Sequence record: SRR22947727_5200
DNA length: 64,000 nt
Strand: one strand, 5' to 3'
The first letter of the stretch is position 1, and every line of letters starts with the position of its first letter. Shown here piece by piece: positions 32,289-40,588 of the stretch. The position numbers and the translations under genes are program-made. The notes under the pieces are model-generated. The model did no database searches and was not told the DNA's origin. It was given only the letters and a program-made list of their open reading frames with translations.

Positions 32289-33257
32289 ATGGAGCTAGCT
32301 GACTTCTGGGACTCCGTCACCGAGGCACTCGGTGGATACGCCCCAGCCGTGCGCATAATCGGGCTTGTCATTGCGGGCATTGCCGCGAGCTTAATTTTGC
32401 GGGTCATCATTCGGCGCATTGTGAACCAGGTCGTGCGCGGGGTGAAACGTGCCCACAAAGTCGATGACACCCGCGAACTCACCTCGAGCCCTCTCGCGGC
32501 CATGCGTTCCGTTCAACGGACCAGAACTCTCGGCTCCGTCCTCAACAACACGTCCACCTGGGTCATTGTCACCGTGGTCGCGATCCTCGCCCTCACCGAG
32601 CTCGGATTCTCGGTCACAGCGCTCGTGGCGAGTGCCGGAATCTTGGGCGCAGCCCTCGGATTTGGGGCACAGTCCATCATCAAAGATGTACTGAACGGTC
32701 TCTTCATGGTGTTCGAGGACCAACTCGGTGTGGGAGACGTCGTAGATCTCGGCATTGCCGAAGGAGTTGTCGAGCGGGTCGGTATCCGCATCACCGAAAT
32801 TCGAGACGTGTCGGGAACCCTGTGGTTTGTTCGCAACGGTGAAATTCTTCGGGTCGGGAACAAGACCCAGGACTGGTCTCGAGTGATTTTGGACCTCCCC
32901 GTCCCCTATAACTCCAACATCGACGATATTCAGAACCTGCTACTGGACTCGGCCAAAGAGTTCGCCCAGAGCCCCGAGTGGCGGCGCAAGATCATGGAGG
33001 AACCTGAAGTCTGGGGCGTCCAGTCGCTAAGCGCTGAAGCGGTGACGCTCAGGCTCGTCGTGAAGGTGCGGGCGGGTGAGCAGTGGGCTGCGGAGCGAGC
33101 GCTGTATCGCGCGCTGAAGGATTCTCTCGACAAACGTCAGGTCGACATCCCGGCACTGAATCGCATGGTGGTGGATACCTTCGAGGGGTCCAGAGGCGCC
33201 CCACGTCGCAGCGCCGAAGCACCCATCATCCGTGACGAACCGCAGGGCGACGCTTAG
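32289..33257 (+). CDS. mscS: Small-conductance mechanosensitive channel
   Basis: ALGFGAQSIIKD, VGDVVDLG and GVVERVGIRIT. Confidence 0.92.
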   Translation: MELADFWDSVTEALGGYAPAVRIIGLVIAGIAASLILRVIIRRIVNQVVRGVKRAHKVDDTRELTSSPLAAMRSVQRTRTLGSVLNNTSTWVIVTVVAILALTELGFSVTALVASAGILGAALGFGAQSIIKDVLNGLFMVFEDQLGVGDVVDLGIAEGVVERVGIRITEIRDVSGTLWFVRNGEILRVGNKTQDWSRVILDLPVPYNSNIDDIQNLLLDSAKEFAQSPEWRRKIMEEPEVWGVQSLSAEAVTLRLVVKVRAGEQWAAERALYRALKDSLDKRQVDIPALNRMVVDTFEGSRGAPRRSAEAPIIRDEPQGDA

Positions 33258-33261
33258 CTCC

Positions 33262-33651
33262 ATGGTTGACGCCCACTCCACGCTCTTCGAGCGCATTGGC
33301 GGTTCTGACACTTTCGATCAGCTTGTCCGAGCCTTCTATGAAGGCATCCGCGAAGATGACGTGTTGTTGCCGATGTATCCCCAGGCGGACCTCGAAGGCG
33401 CTATCTGGAGGCTCTCGGCGTTCCTCCAACAGTACTTTGGTGGGCCTCAGACTTATTCAGAACAGCGCGGTCATCCGCGCTTACGGATGCGCCACTCTGC
33501 GTTCAAGGTAAACCCTGAAGCGAGGCAGCGATGGCTCACTCATATGAGGCGCGCCCTCGACACCCTCCAGCTTTCTCCCCTGGATGACGGTGAAATGTGG
33601 GGCTACTTTGAGCGGGCAGCGCTCTCGATGGTGAACACCTTTGAGGACTAG
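33262..33651 (+). CDS. glbO: Group II truncated hemoglobin
   Basis: IGG...FY, FLQQYFGGP and RGHPRLRMRH. Confidence 0.93.
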   Translation: MVDAHSTLFERIGGSDTFDQLVRAFYEGIREDDVLLPMYPQADLEGAIWRLSAFLQQYFGGPQTYSEQRGHPRLRMRHSAFKVNPEARQRWLTHMRRALDTLQLSPLDDGEMWGYFERAALSMVNTFED

Positions 33652-34322
33652 TCCTCGTCATCCGGGCCAAAATCGTGCCCACCGGGGAACTTGACCATCA
33701 CATAGCCGGACTTGCTGGAGAGTCGGAGCCAGTTGTCGAGCGTGTGGACCTGGAGATTTTTATCCCCCAAGAAACCAAGAGCGTCAGCGGCGAAAGCCGC
33801 TCCCGCGGGAATCTTCTTGTTGTGAGCAATCGGCGAACCCCACACCTCTGCCCGGACTTTCTGAAGAACAGATTCACCGATGGAGTCGGGAACGGCTTCG
33901 GCTACCCGAGCGATTCCTTCAGCCGCGGCCGTGGCGAGGACGGGGCTCGCGACACCCAGCCTTCGGCGCCAGCCCTCGCGGGGAGGGGTGATGGCTGCCC
34001 AGGCAAGCGAGGCCACCTCGGCTGGTGTGCCCAGTGTCTTCTCGTCACGCTCTAGCGCGGCTTTCGCCCGTGCAATCAGCGCATCTATGGGGACGACTAC
34101 ATCAAATTCTTGGTTTTCCTCCAGTGTGAAGACCCGGAGTCCCAGCACTGTCGGGGTCTGATCCAGAAGACCCCGAGGAAAAAGAATGCCCACATATGCC
34201 TGGAGATGGCCGCCCGCGGCAACGAGACGAGCTGACCCGTTATTGACGCGAGCCGCGCGCTCGAGAAACGTGACGAGGTCTTGACGGGCTGCATCGGGAG
34301 TGAGAGTGAAGGTGTGTCCCAT
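33648..34322 (-). CDS. Conserved hypothetical protein (224 aa)
   Basis: Fills the glbO-tesB gap; globular motifs WAAITPPREGW and PAGAAFAADALGFL; start re-assigned to ATG 34322. Confidence 0.8.
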   Translation of the reverse strand: MGHTFTLTPDAARQDLVTFLERAARVNNGSARLVAAGGHLQAYVGILFPRGLLDQTPTVLGLRVFTLEENQEFDVVVPIDALIARAKAALERDEKTLGTPAEVASLAWAAITPPREGWRRRLGVASPVLATAAAEGIARVAEAVPDSIGESVLQKVRAEVWGSPIAHNKKIPAGAAFAADALGFLGDKNLQVHTLDNWLRLSSKSGYVMVKFPGGHDFGPDDED

Positions 34323-34344
34323 GATGTTCTCTAAACTACAACCG

Positions 34345-35238
34345 ATGACACCTTCCCAGGGGGACTCCCCGCACCTGCCGCCCGTCGAGAGCATGTTACG
34401 AGCACTCACGCTCTCGAGCACCTCCGCCCGCACACGGGAAGACATCTTCACTGCGCCCAGCCAATGGCAGCCACACGGTCGCGTTTTTGGAGGCCAGGTG
34501 ATGGCTCAAGCAGCGCTCGGCGCCATGCATACCATCGCCGAGGACCGCATCATCCACTCACTGCACGGCTATTTCTTGCGCCCGGGTGACATTGAGGAAG
34601 AAATTACCTTCTCGGTTGATCGCATCCACGATGGACGGTCTTTCTCGACGAGACGAGTCCAGGCCTACCAAAAAGGACAGCCGATCTTTTCGATGATCGC
34701 CTCCTTCCAGGACGAGGACCCAGGCCTTGACCACCAAGCGGTCATGCCGGAGGGAATCCCTGACCCGGAGTCACTCCCCAGTGCCGCGGACGTCCTCCAC
34801 GGCATCAACCACCCGGCCGCCGATATTTGGGCAAAAACTCGTGCGTTCGATCTGCGCCACCACCCCTCCTCCGTCTATGCGACCGTCGATGGGGACCCGG
34901 TCCCTCACCAAGCAGTGTGGATGAGGGCGTTGGATCGGTTGCCCGATGACCCCAACCTGCACCGTGCCGCACTCGCGTACGCGAGCGATTTCAGCATCCT
35001 CGAACCCGTGATGCGAGCACACGGCATCAGTTGGGCAACGCCCGGCCTCAAGATGGCGAGCCTCGACCACGCCATGTGGTGGCATCGTTTCCACCGAGCG
35101 GATGAGTGGTTCCTGTATTCCCAGGAGTCCCCCTCAGCGCGCGGAGGACGCGGCTTATCGCTCGGGCGCATCTTCGCTCAAGATGGAACCCTGGTCGCCT
35201 CAGTTGCCCAAGAGGGCATGATTCGTGTGCCCGAGTAG
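34345..35238 (+). CDS. tesB: Acyl-CoA thioesterase II
   Basis: RVFGGQV, HSLHGYFLRPG, DGRSFSTR, YASD, SLDHAMW and QEG. Confidence 0.95.
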   Translation: MTPSQGDSPHLPPVESMLRALTLSSTSARTREDIFTAPSQWQPHGRVFGGQVMAQAALGAMHTIAEDRIIHSLHGYFLRPGDIEEEITFSVDRIHDGRSFSTRRVQAYQKGQPIFSMIASFQDEDPGLDHQAVMPEGIPDPESLPSAADVLHGINHPAADIWAKTRAFDLRHHPSSVYATVDGDPVPHQAVWMRALDRLPDDPNLHRAALAYASDFSILEPVMRAHGISWATPGLKMASLDHAMWWHRFHRADEWFLYSQESPSARGGRGLSLGRIFAQDGTLVASVAQEGMIRVPE

Positions 35239-35242
35239 GAAC

Positions 35243-36454
35243 CTAGACTTTTGCGGGCTCCTCGGGAGCTGAATCCGTAATCTTAAGAGGCTTTGTCGCT
35301 GAGCTGAGGATTGCCGAGAGAATCATCAGAGCGAGTGGAATCGAGAAGGCCACATAGATTCCGGTCACTTCCCCAAGGCTTCCCAGAGCTGGCCCCACCG
35401 TAATGCTCGAAATATAGACGACGGTAATGATCATGTTGATCCGATAGGGCGCCTTGCGCGGCTCATCGCTCATGGCGGCAACCGACATGGGGAAGCCCAT
35501 GGACATTCCAAGCCCCCACAACACGAGCCCCACGAAGGGCAACGCGATGACTTCCACCAGCATGAAAATCAAGATTCCGGATGCGGTGACCAAGGTGGAC
35601 AGCAATACCGTGCGATAGCGGCCAATCTTTTCGACCACGAAACCGCCAATCAGGCGACCAAAGGTCACGACGATCCATAACATCCCGAACGCGAATGCCG
35701 CAGCTGAGCCGGAGAAACCGGACACCGTCAGGGCAATCGGAACCCACGTTCCTGCAGATATTTCGGCCATGATGAACGAGAAACCGATAATGGCAATGGT
35801 CAGGGTGCGCTTTTCTTTCCACGCCCCCAGAGCCATTGTCCGTTCTTCTCCTCGAGGCCTCGAGAGGGGCTTGTCACGATTGGGGAATTGGAGCGAGCCC
35901 CAAACAGAAACAATGGCGACGACCGCCGCCACCAGCAGATAGTTATCGGCGAGGCTCCAGCCAGAACTAATCGCCAAGGACGCCCCACCCGCTCCCAAGA
36001 GCATGCCCATGCCGAAAGCAGCGTGGATAGCGGGGAACAAGCTTTTCGTAGAGAGACGGTCAACCGCTGTGCCCTCAAAGTTCCCCAAGAAATCAGCGAT
36101 AGCCATGGGAAGCCCCATCGCAAAGAGTGCGATGGCGGAAACCACAAGGTTTCCCTCCACCAGGGAGACCCCCAACGTGGCCATGGCGGCTGCGCCCATG
36201 ATGAAAATTCCGGTACCGACCATTCTCGAGCCCAACCGAAGGGTCAACGCGTTGGCGAACAGGATTCCCGCAAGGCCACCCAAGGGGAACAGCATCACAA
36301 AAAGTCCCATTTGGGCTGTGTTCAAACTCAGAGCCTGCTGAACCTCGGGACCTCGGGAGAGCCAGGTCGAAAACAACAGAGCTCGGGTAAAGAAGATCGA
36401 CGCTGCCGCAAGAGACCAGAACAGGATTTTAGGTTGTGTAACAGGTGAGGACAC
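35243..36454 (-). CDS. MFS transporter
   Basis: About 12 hydrophobic segments and loop motif GRLIGGFVVEKIGR; GTG start just after the ettA stop. Confidence 0.85.
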   Translation of the reverse strand: MSSPVTQPKILFWSLAAASIFFTRALLFSTWLSRGPEVQQALSLNTAQMGLFVMLFPLGGLAGILFANALTLRLGSRMVGTGIFIMGAAAMATLGVSLVEGNLVVSAIALFAMGLPMAIADFLGNFEGTAVDRLSTKSLFPAIHAAFGMGMLLGAGGASLAISSGWSLADNYLLVAAVVAIVSVWGSLQFPNRDKPLSRPRGEERTMALGAWKEKRTLTIAIIGFSFIMAEISAGTWVPIALTVSGFSGSAAAFAFGMLWIVVTFGRLIGGFVVEKIGRYRTVLLSTLVTASGILIFMLVEVIALPFVGLVLWGLGMSMGFPMSVAAMSDEPRKAPYRINMIITVVYISSITVGPALGSLGEVTGIYVAFSIPLALMILSAILSSATKPLKITDSAPEEPAKV

Positions 36455-36464
36455 AGGGGTCTTT

Positions 36465-38147
36465 CTAGTCGCGAGTGAGCTTGCGGTATGTCGAGCGATG
36501 GGGTGCCGCTGCATCGGGGCCTAAGCGCTCGATCTTGTTTGCTTCGTAGGACTCGAAGTTTCCTTCAAACCAGTACCACTTCGCAGGGTCCGCCTCAGTA
36601 CCTTCGTAAGACAGGATGTGGGTGGCAATCCGGTCAAGGAACCACCGATCGTGGGTGATCACCACTGCACAGCCGGGGAATTCCAGGAGCGCATTCTCCA
36701 AACTCGAGAGAGTCTCCACATCAAGGTCGTTAGTGGGCTCATCCAGGAGCAATAGGTTTCCACCCTGCTTGAGCGTGAGGGCAAGGTTCAAACGGTTTCG
36801 CTCTCCACCCGAGAGAATTCCTGCCTTCTTCTGCTGGTCGGGACCCTTGAACCCAAAACTAGAGACGTACGCCCTGGAGGGGATTTCAACATTCCCCACT
36901 TGAATAACATCCAATCCGTCGGAGACGACCTCCCACAAGGTCTTGTTCGGGTCGATGCCTGAGCGATCCTGATCAACATAGGAGAGTTTCACACTCTCAC
37001 CGACGATGAGCTCTCCGGCATCGAGAGTCTCCAAGCCCACGATGGTCTTGAACAAAGTCGACTTTCCCACACCATTTGGGCCGATGATTCCGACGATTCC
37101 GTTGCGAGGAAGAGAGAAGCTCAGATTGTCGATCAGGACACGATCTCCAAAGCCCTTTTTGAGGGATTTGGTTTCCAAGACCTGCTGACCAAGCCTCGGC
37201 CCCGGGGGAATCTGAATCTCCTCGAAGTCGAGCTTTTTGGTCCGCTCTGCTTCTTCCGCCATTTCTTCGTACCGGGCCAAACGAGCTTTCGACTTGGCCT
37301 GGCGACCCTTGGCATTGGAGCGAACCCACTCGAGTTCATCCGCCAGTCGCTTCGCAAGTTTCTGATCTTTCTTGCCTTGGACCTGAAGACGCTCGGCCTT
37401 CTTCTCCAGATAAGTCGAGTAGTTGCCCTCGTAGGGATACAAACGACCACGGTCAACTTCAGCAATCCATTGGGCAACGTGATCGAGGAAGTACCTATCG
37501 TGGGTAATTGCAATCACGGCACCGGGGTACTTGGACAAGTGCTGCTCCAACCAGAGGACACTCTCAGCATCGAGGTGGTTGGTGGGCTCGTCCAGGAGGA
37601 GAAGATCGGGCTTCTCGAGAAGCAACTTGCACAGCGCTACACGACGCTTCTCGCCTCCAGAAAGGTGGGTAATGGAAGCGTCGGAAGGTGGACATCTCAA
37701 CGCATCCATTGCTTGCTCGAGTTGCGAGTCAAGATCCCATGCATCTGCGGAATCAATGGCTTCCTGAAGAGTGCCCATTTCCGCGAGAAGCGAATCAAAA
37801 TCTGCGTCAGGGTCAGACATTGCGGCAGAAATCTCATTGAATCGAACGATCTTGTCGTGAATCTCCCGAACACCATCGCGGACGTTTTCAAGGACGGTCT
37901 TGGATTCATCGAGTTCCGGTTCCTGCAACAGAATTCCCACGGAATACCCAGGGGTCAGGGCCGCGTCACCGTTAGACGGGGTATCGAGCCCCGCCATAAT
38001 CTTGAGAATGGTCGACTTACCCGCACCATTGGGGCCCACCATGCCGATCTTCGCCCCGGGGAAGAAGGACATGGTGACATCGTCCAAAATGAGCTTGTCG
38101 CCCACCGCTTTACGTGCGCGGACCATTGTGTAAATGAATTCAGCCAT
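36465..38147 (-). CDS. ettA: Energy-dependent translational throttle protein EttA (ABC-F)
   Basis: Two ABC cassettes, no TM segments, linker ELEWVRSNAKGRQAKSKARL. Confidence 0.96.
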   Translation of the reverse strand: MAEFIYTMVRARKAVGDKLILDDVTMSFFPGAKIGMVGPNGAGKSTILKIMAGLDTPSNGDAALTPGYSVGILLQEPELDESKTVLENVRDGVREIHDKIVRFNEISAAMSDPDADFDSLLAEMGTLQEAIDSADAWDLDSQLEQAMDALRCPPSDASITHLSGGEKRRVALCKLLLEKPDLLLLDEPTNHLDAESVLWLEQHLSKYPGAVIAITHDRYFLDHVAQWIAEVDRGRLYPYEGNYSTYLEKKAERLQVQGKKDQKLAKRLADELEWVRSNAKGRQAKSKARLARYEEMAEEAERTKKLDFEEIQIPPGPRLGQQVLETKSLKKGFGDRVLIDNLSFSLPRNGIVGIIGPNGVGKSTLFKTIVGLETLDAGELIVGESVKLSYVDQDRSGIDPNKTLWEVVSDGLDVIQVGNVEIPSRAYVSSFGFKGPDQQKKAGILSGGERNRLNLALTLKQGGNLLLLDEPTNDLDVETLSSLENALLEFPGCAVVITHDRWFLDRIATHILSYEGTEADPAKWYWFEGNFESYEANKIERLGPDAAAPHRSTYRKLTRD

Positions 38148-38188
38148 AGGTTCCTAGTCTACGGACTTTGGCTGCCGGGGCTTGGCGA

Positions 38189-38593
38189 CTAGAGCTCTTC
38201 TTCCTCGTCCTCTTCGGGGTCATCCTCGAGGATTGTCCGTGCCACTTTGGTGTAGTCGGTAACACCCCAATACAGGTCATGCCCGAGACTGTCTGCTTCA
38301 ATCTCAACGCTGGTGCCGGAGCGGTCATCATTGGACCAGTCGCGAACCTTGAGCCGCCCCACGGTCACAACTCGGTCACCTTTGTGGAGGGATTGAGAAG
38401 CATTGACAGCGAGGTCGCGAAAAGCGGTGACCGTGTACCAATTCGTTTCACCATCACTCCAGCGGCCAACCTTGCGGTCGAACCAGCGCTGCTGCGAGGC
38501 GAGACGAAAGCTCGTAATGGCGAGTCCTTCAGAGGTAACAATGTGACGGGGCGTTGTGGCGATGAGCCCCGTCAAAGTGAGTTTATCGGTCAT
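38189..38593 (-). CDS. ssb: Secondary single-stranded DNA-binding protein
   Basis: OB fold (TSFRLAS, WYTVTAF, LHKGDRVVTVGRL); short acidic tail without the terminal PF. Confidence 0.9.
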   Translation of the reverse strand: MTDKLTLTGLIATTPRHIVTSEGLAITSFRLASQQRWFDRKVGRWSDGETNWYTVTAFRDLAVNASQSLHKGDRVVTVGRLKVRDWSNDDRSGTSVEIEADSLGHDLYWGVTDYTKVARTILEDDPEEDEEEEL

Positions 38594-38666
38594 GGTGGAT
38601 CCTTTCCTCACGCAGGCTGTCGAAGGTGTGTGCCCGCGCCTGCACTGCGGGCATGCCGACACCATG

Positions 38667-38693
38667 CCGGTCAGAGACGATGACTCTGACCGG
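38667..38693. repeat. Perfect 10-bp inverted repeat between msrA and ssb
   Basis: CCGGTCAGAG-acgatga-CTCTGACCGG; no U-tract on either side. Confidence 0.6.
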
Positions 38694-38748
38694 AGAAGGC
38701 CGTTTTGTGAGTGGCCAAAGCAAAGCCCGCGCTTGTGGACAGTGAGTG

Positions 38749-39270
38749 CTAGTTCAGATACTCCGAGAAGGATTTGCGCACTTTGGCGACCTTGGGAACA
38801 GCAACGGCGAGACAGTAACCCTGCGTGGGGTTCTTGGCAAAAAAGTCCTGGTGGTAGTCCTCAGCGTCATAGAACTCTCCTAACGGCGAGATTTCTGTCA
38901 CGACGCCTCCGCCCCACATCTCTTCGGCGCGTTCGCGAGCAGCCTCAAAGAGTGCGAGTTCCTCGTCATCTCGGTGGAACATGGCCGAGCGGTACTGAGT
39001 TCCGACGTCATTGCCCTGGCGGTTGAGTTGGCGGGGGTCATGCATCGTGAAGAAAGCATCCAAAACCACATCTGAAGGAATCACGGAGGGATCGAAGGTC
39101 ACGGCGACAGCTTCAGCGTGACCTGTGGTCCCAGTGCAAACCTGCTCATAGGTCGGATGCGCGTTCTCGCCCCCGGTGTAGCCGGAGACAACGGAGCTCA
39201 CTCCGCGAAGCACACGATAGGCAGCGTCGAGACACCAAAAACAACCACCGGCGAGAACATAAGTCTTCAT
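38749..39270 (-). CDS. msrA: Peptide methionine sulfoxide reductase A
   Basis: GGCFWC, GYTGG, GHAE, QGNDVGTQYRS and AEDYHQ. Confidence 0.98.
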   Translation of the reverse strand: MKTYVLAGGCFWCLDAAYRVLRGVSSVVSGYTGGENAHPTYEQVCTGTTGHAEAVAVTFDPSVIPSDVVLDAFFTMHDPRQLNRQGNDVGTQYRSAMFHRDDEELALFEAARERAEEMWGGGVVTEISPLGEFYDAEDYHQDFFAKNPTQGYCLAVAVPKVAKVRKSFSEYLN

Positions 39271-39364
39271 GGATGACAGCGTAGAGAACCCCTCTGAAAG
39301 AGGTGCTCAGACAGAGCTGCGACACGTGGTCAAAATGGCTCTGGCAAGGCTCTACGCTTATCCT

Positions 39365-39412
39365 GTGATTCACTCCTCCTTCCTCGCCCTATCCGCCGTT
39401 AGTTGCCGATAA
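39365..39412 (+). CDS. Putative leaderless upstream ORF, MIHSSFLALSAVSCR
   Basis: TACGCT-6 nt-GTG; its TAA overlaps the EamA ATG (TAATG). Confidence 0.45.
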   Translation: MIHSSFLALSAVSCR

Positions 39413-40383
39413 TGGGCTATTTTTATGCACTTTTGGCTGCCTTTCTCTTTGGCGCCAACGGGTCTGTGAGCAAGGTCATCATTGAGTCTGGATTTAGTGC
39501 CATTCAGCTCACCCAAATGAGGGTCTTTGGCGCCGCCGTCATCTCAGGAATTGTGTTGTTGATTCTGGACCGCCGGTCATTCAGGCTTCCTCCGCGCCAA
39601 TGGCCGGTGATTGTCATTTTGGGAGTCGTGGGAGTCGGACTCCTGCAAGCCACCTACGCCTTTGCAATTGCGTTGCTCCCCGTCGGTATCGCTCTTCTCC
39701 TCGAATACCTTGCTGTGCTGATCGTGGCAGTCGTTGCATTCTTCTTCTTCAAGGAGAACGTCCACATCCGGCTGTGGCTGGCGATTGGACTAGTGATAGT
39801 CGGACTGGTTGTCGTTGCCGAAATTTGGTCCTCCACGTTGAATCCGATCGGCGTCATGTGGGGACTCCTTGCGGCAGTTGCCCTTGCGACCTACTTTCTC
39901 GTAGGTGAGCGCCAGCTGAAGACCATCTCACCGCTCGCTCTCTCGTTCTGGACCATGAGCGTGGCGACGGTGTTCTGGGCTCCGTTCTCGCGCTGGTGGA
40001 CATTCACAGGAGAGACATTCACCACCACTGCCTCCCTAGGAGGAACACTGGAGAACGTGTCAGTCCCCGTATGGGCATTGGTCGCCTGGAATGTGGTGCT
40101 CGGATCTTTTGCACCGTTCCTGCTGTCGCTCAGCGCGTTGAAGAGGTTGTCTGCCACCGCCGCCGGAATTGTTGCCACCAGTGAGATCATCTTCGCGTTC
40201 GTCACAGCCTGGCTCTGGCTCCAAGAGTCTCTCAACACCTGGCAAGTGGTAGGGGCTTCTGTGGTGTTCGGAGGAATCGTCATAGCTCAGACAGCCAGAA
40301 CAAGTGACGTTGTCGTCCAAGCAGACCTGGCCCTCGAAACAGGACCCATTATTTTGCCCACAGAACTCATTGAGGAGAAATAA
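39412..40383 (+). CDS. EamA/DMT-family transporter
   Basis: Ten TM helices in two repeats; LPVGIALLLEY and FFFKE. Confidence 0.92.
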   Translation: MGYFYALLAAFLFGANGSVSKVIIESGFSAIQLTQMRVFGAAVISGIVLLILDRRSFRLPPRQWPVIVILGVVGVGLLQATYAFAIALLPVGIALLLEYLAVLIVAVVAFFFFKENVHIRLWLAIGLVIVGLVVVAEIWSSTLNPIGVMWGLLAAVALATYFLVGERQLKTISPLALSFWTMSVATVFWAPFSRWWTFTGETFTTTASLGGTLENVSVPVWALVAWNVVLGSFAPFLLSLSALKRLSATAAGIVATSEIIFAFVTAWLWLQESLNTWQVVGASVVFGGIVIAQTARTSDVVVQADLALETGPIILPTELIEEK

Positions 40384-40588
40384 CGATGGAGGTAGTTTTT
40401 CGCCCGCTCGTCTGATCGTCTCTGACTGTTACCCCATCACAGCAGTAACGCGGAGAAAGGCCCATCACAGTCGAGTGCGGACTGCTGCCCTGGCCCGCAT
40501 CTCCTCGAGAAGATTGTCCAGATCAATCTCTTTGGTTGCCTCCACCCGCACAGGAAACCCAGTGAGTGATTGGCGCGGGTGATGATCG

